A DNA stretch of 64,000 nucleotides, taken from assembly GCF_009914755.1 (NCBI RefSeq), contig NC_060933.1. The stretch is one strand, 5' to 3'. Below are positions 62,672-64,000 of this stretch, piece by piece. The notes under the pieces were generated by a model that did no database searches, was not told where the DNA came from, and saw only the letters and a list, made by a program, of their open reading frames with translations. Made by a program: the position numbers and the translations under genes. Position 1 is the first letter of the stretch. Each line of letters starts with the position of its first letter. This DNA is from the human T2T-CHM13v2.0 reference genome, Homo sapiens.

Positions 62672-64000
62672 CTGAAAATATATAATATTCATCAAATAAA
62701 AATATTTCTTCACACTGAGAAACATGATTCTATCCATGTTTTAATTTGCCCTGATAAAATTAACAGGTAAACACATATATCTTCTTATGGAAATTATAGT
62801 GATAGAAGCTTTAACTATTTAGAGCAAAAGGGAATTATAGTGATAGAACCTTTTACTATTTATACCCATTCCATTTCCATCTCTCTTGTTATTTCCTTTA
62901 AAAAAGACCAATTCTAACCACATATAAACAAAACATCATTCTTCTACCGATGCCATAATAATTTAATTAACAGATATTATCAAACAATTTGAGCAGTATG
63001 GCTTTGTGCACATCAGACTTATTTTTATTTTCTCACCTCTTTAATATGATAATCATTCAATCATAAATAGTGAATTATCACTCTAAAGGAAAAGGAAAAC
63101 AAAACATAGATAATTCCAAAATCACTTGCCCAAAAAAAATTTACTTGTAATCTGTGTAGAACTAGAAGTAAAATTATATACTCTATGGCATTACTAATTA
63201 TTCCTCACACTATTTATTTAGGACTGTATAAAACCTGGGTCTTAGGAAAAATTTTTCCTAAATAATAAATTAAAACTTGCTTTTGACAGAAATTGGTTCA
63301 GTACCAAACCACATACCCTGATTAGTATGCCACAACGCAAGAAAAAGAAAACTGACAGCAAGGAAAGTATTTGATTTTTGAAAGCATCACAGGCCCAGTT
63401 AGTGACAGGGCTGTCTAAAAGAATGAGTGTAGGAGAAAAACAAGGATAATCAAACTCATTCCAACGTCTAAAGCTGTCCACCTGCTCTGACAAGATGTGG
63501 TCCCCCAAGCATCACTCTGTGTCAACAATGAAATACCTGTCAGCTGTTTACAGTGATTACTCATGCAAGATATAGCAAGGGCCACAAGATCTAATGGTTT
63601 CCTGATACCTATTGATTTTTTTCCCAAAAACTTAATAGTTTTCCAATTTGACTCAAATAGCATTTGTGAGTAACAGGGGCTGAATCAATGTCCGTTCTTT
63701 TCAAGGAAATTACTTTACCATGACAATTATTTAACTTAGAACTGGAGAGTGTCAGTCTCCAAAACGGGAAACAACTGAATTGCCAATAAGAATTTTGTTC
63801 ACTTTCTTGGCTAAAACATGATTTTAATTAATGAGGGGGAAAATTAAATCTACTGTATCACTACTCCAAACAATAAGTCATTTAAAAAAGCATGAATTTT
63901 TTCACTCAGTAAAATATCTAACATACATAAATCATTTTGTAATTTTTAAAAATTCATTGATTTTTAGTCTAATAAATAGTTTACAAATCCTACTGTTAAT

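Overview
Human (great-ape-type) genomic DNA, most likely one of the chromosome 9 pericentromeric FOXD4-like/CBWD(ZNG1) segmental duplications. The minus strand carries an intronless forkhead gene (15244-16494, 416 aa, best recalled match FOXD4L5). Upstream of it in tandem lie the last 11 exons (5-15, 62671 to 20024) of a CBWD/ZNG1 zinc-metallochaperone GTPase paralog. All of its splice sites are GT-AG and in phase, but exons 12 and 14 carry nonsense codons, consistent with the ZNG1DP/CBWD4P pseudogene. Its 5' exons lie beyond the window. The rest is mostly repeats: a full-length L1PA2/3 with TSDs, an older deleted L1PB-like element, about 16 Alus, LTRs, DNA transposons and a 35-nt U2 retrocopy. 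Main observations: (1) the intronic L1 has an open antisense ORF0 whose two splice donors are in phase with downstream ZNG1 exons; (2) the ancestral Eh1-containing FOXD4 C-terminus is still present out of frame behind a 1-bp deletion; (3) two dense TGACA/TGTCA (TALE-motif) clusters in ZNG1 introns are candidate enhancers; (4) a poly(T)-anchored candidate poison exon lies in intron 9. Paralog names, exon numbers, residue numbers and repeat subfamilies are from recall, not from searches.
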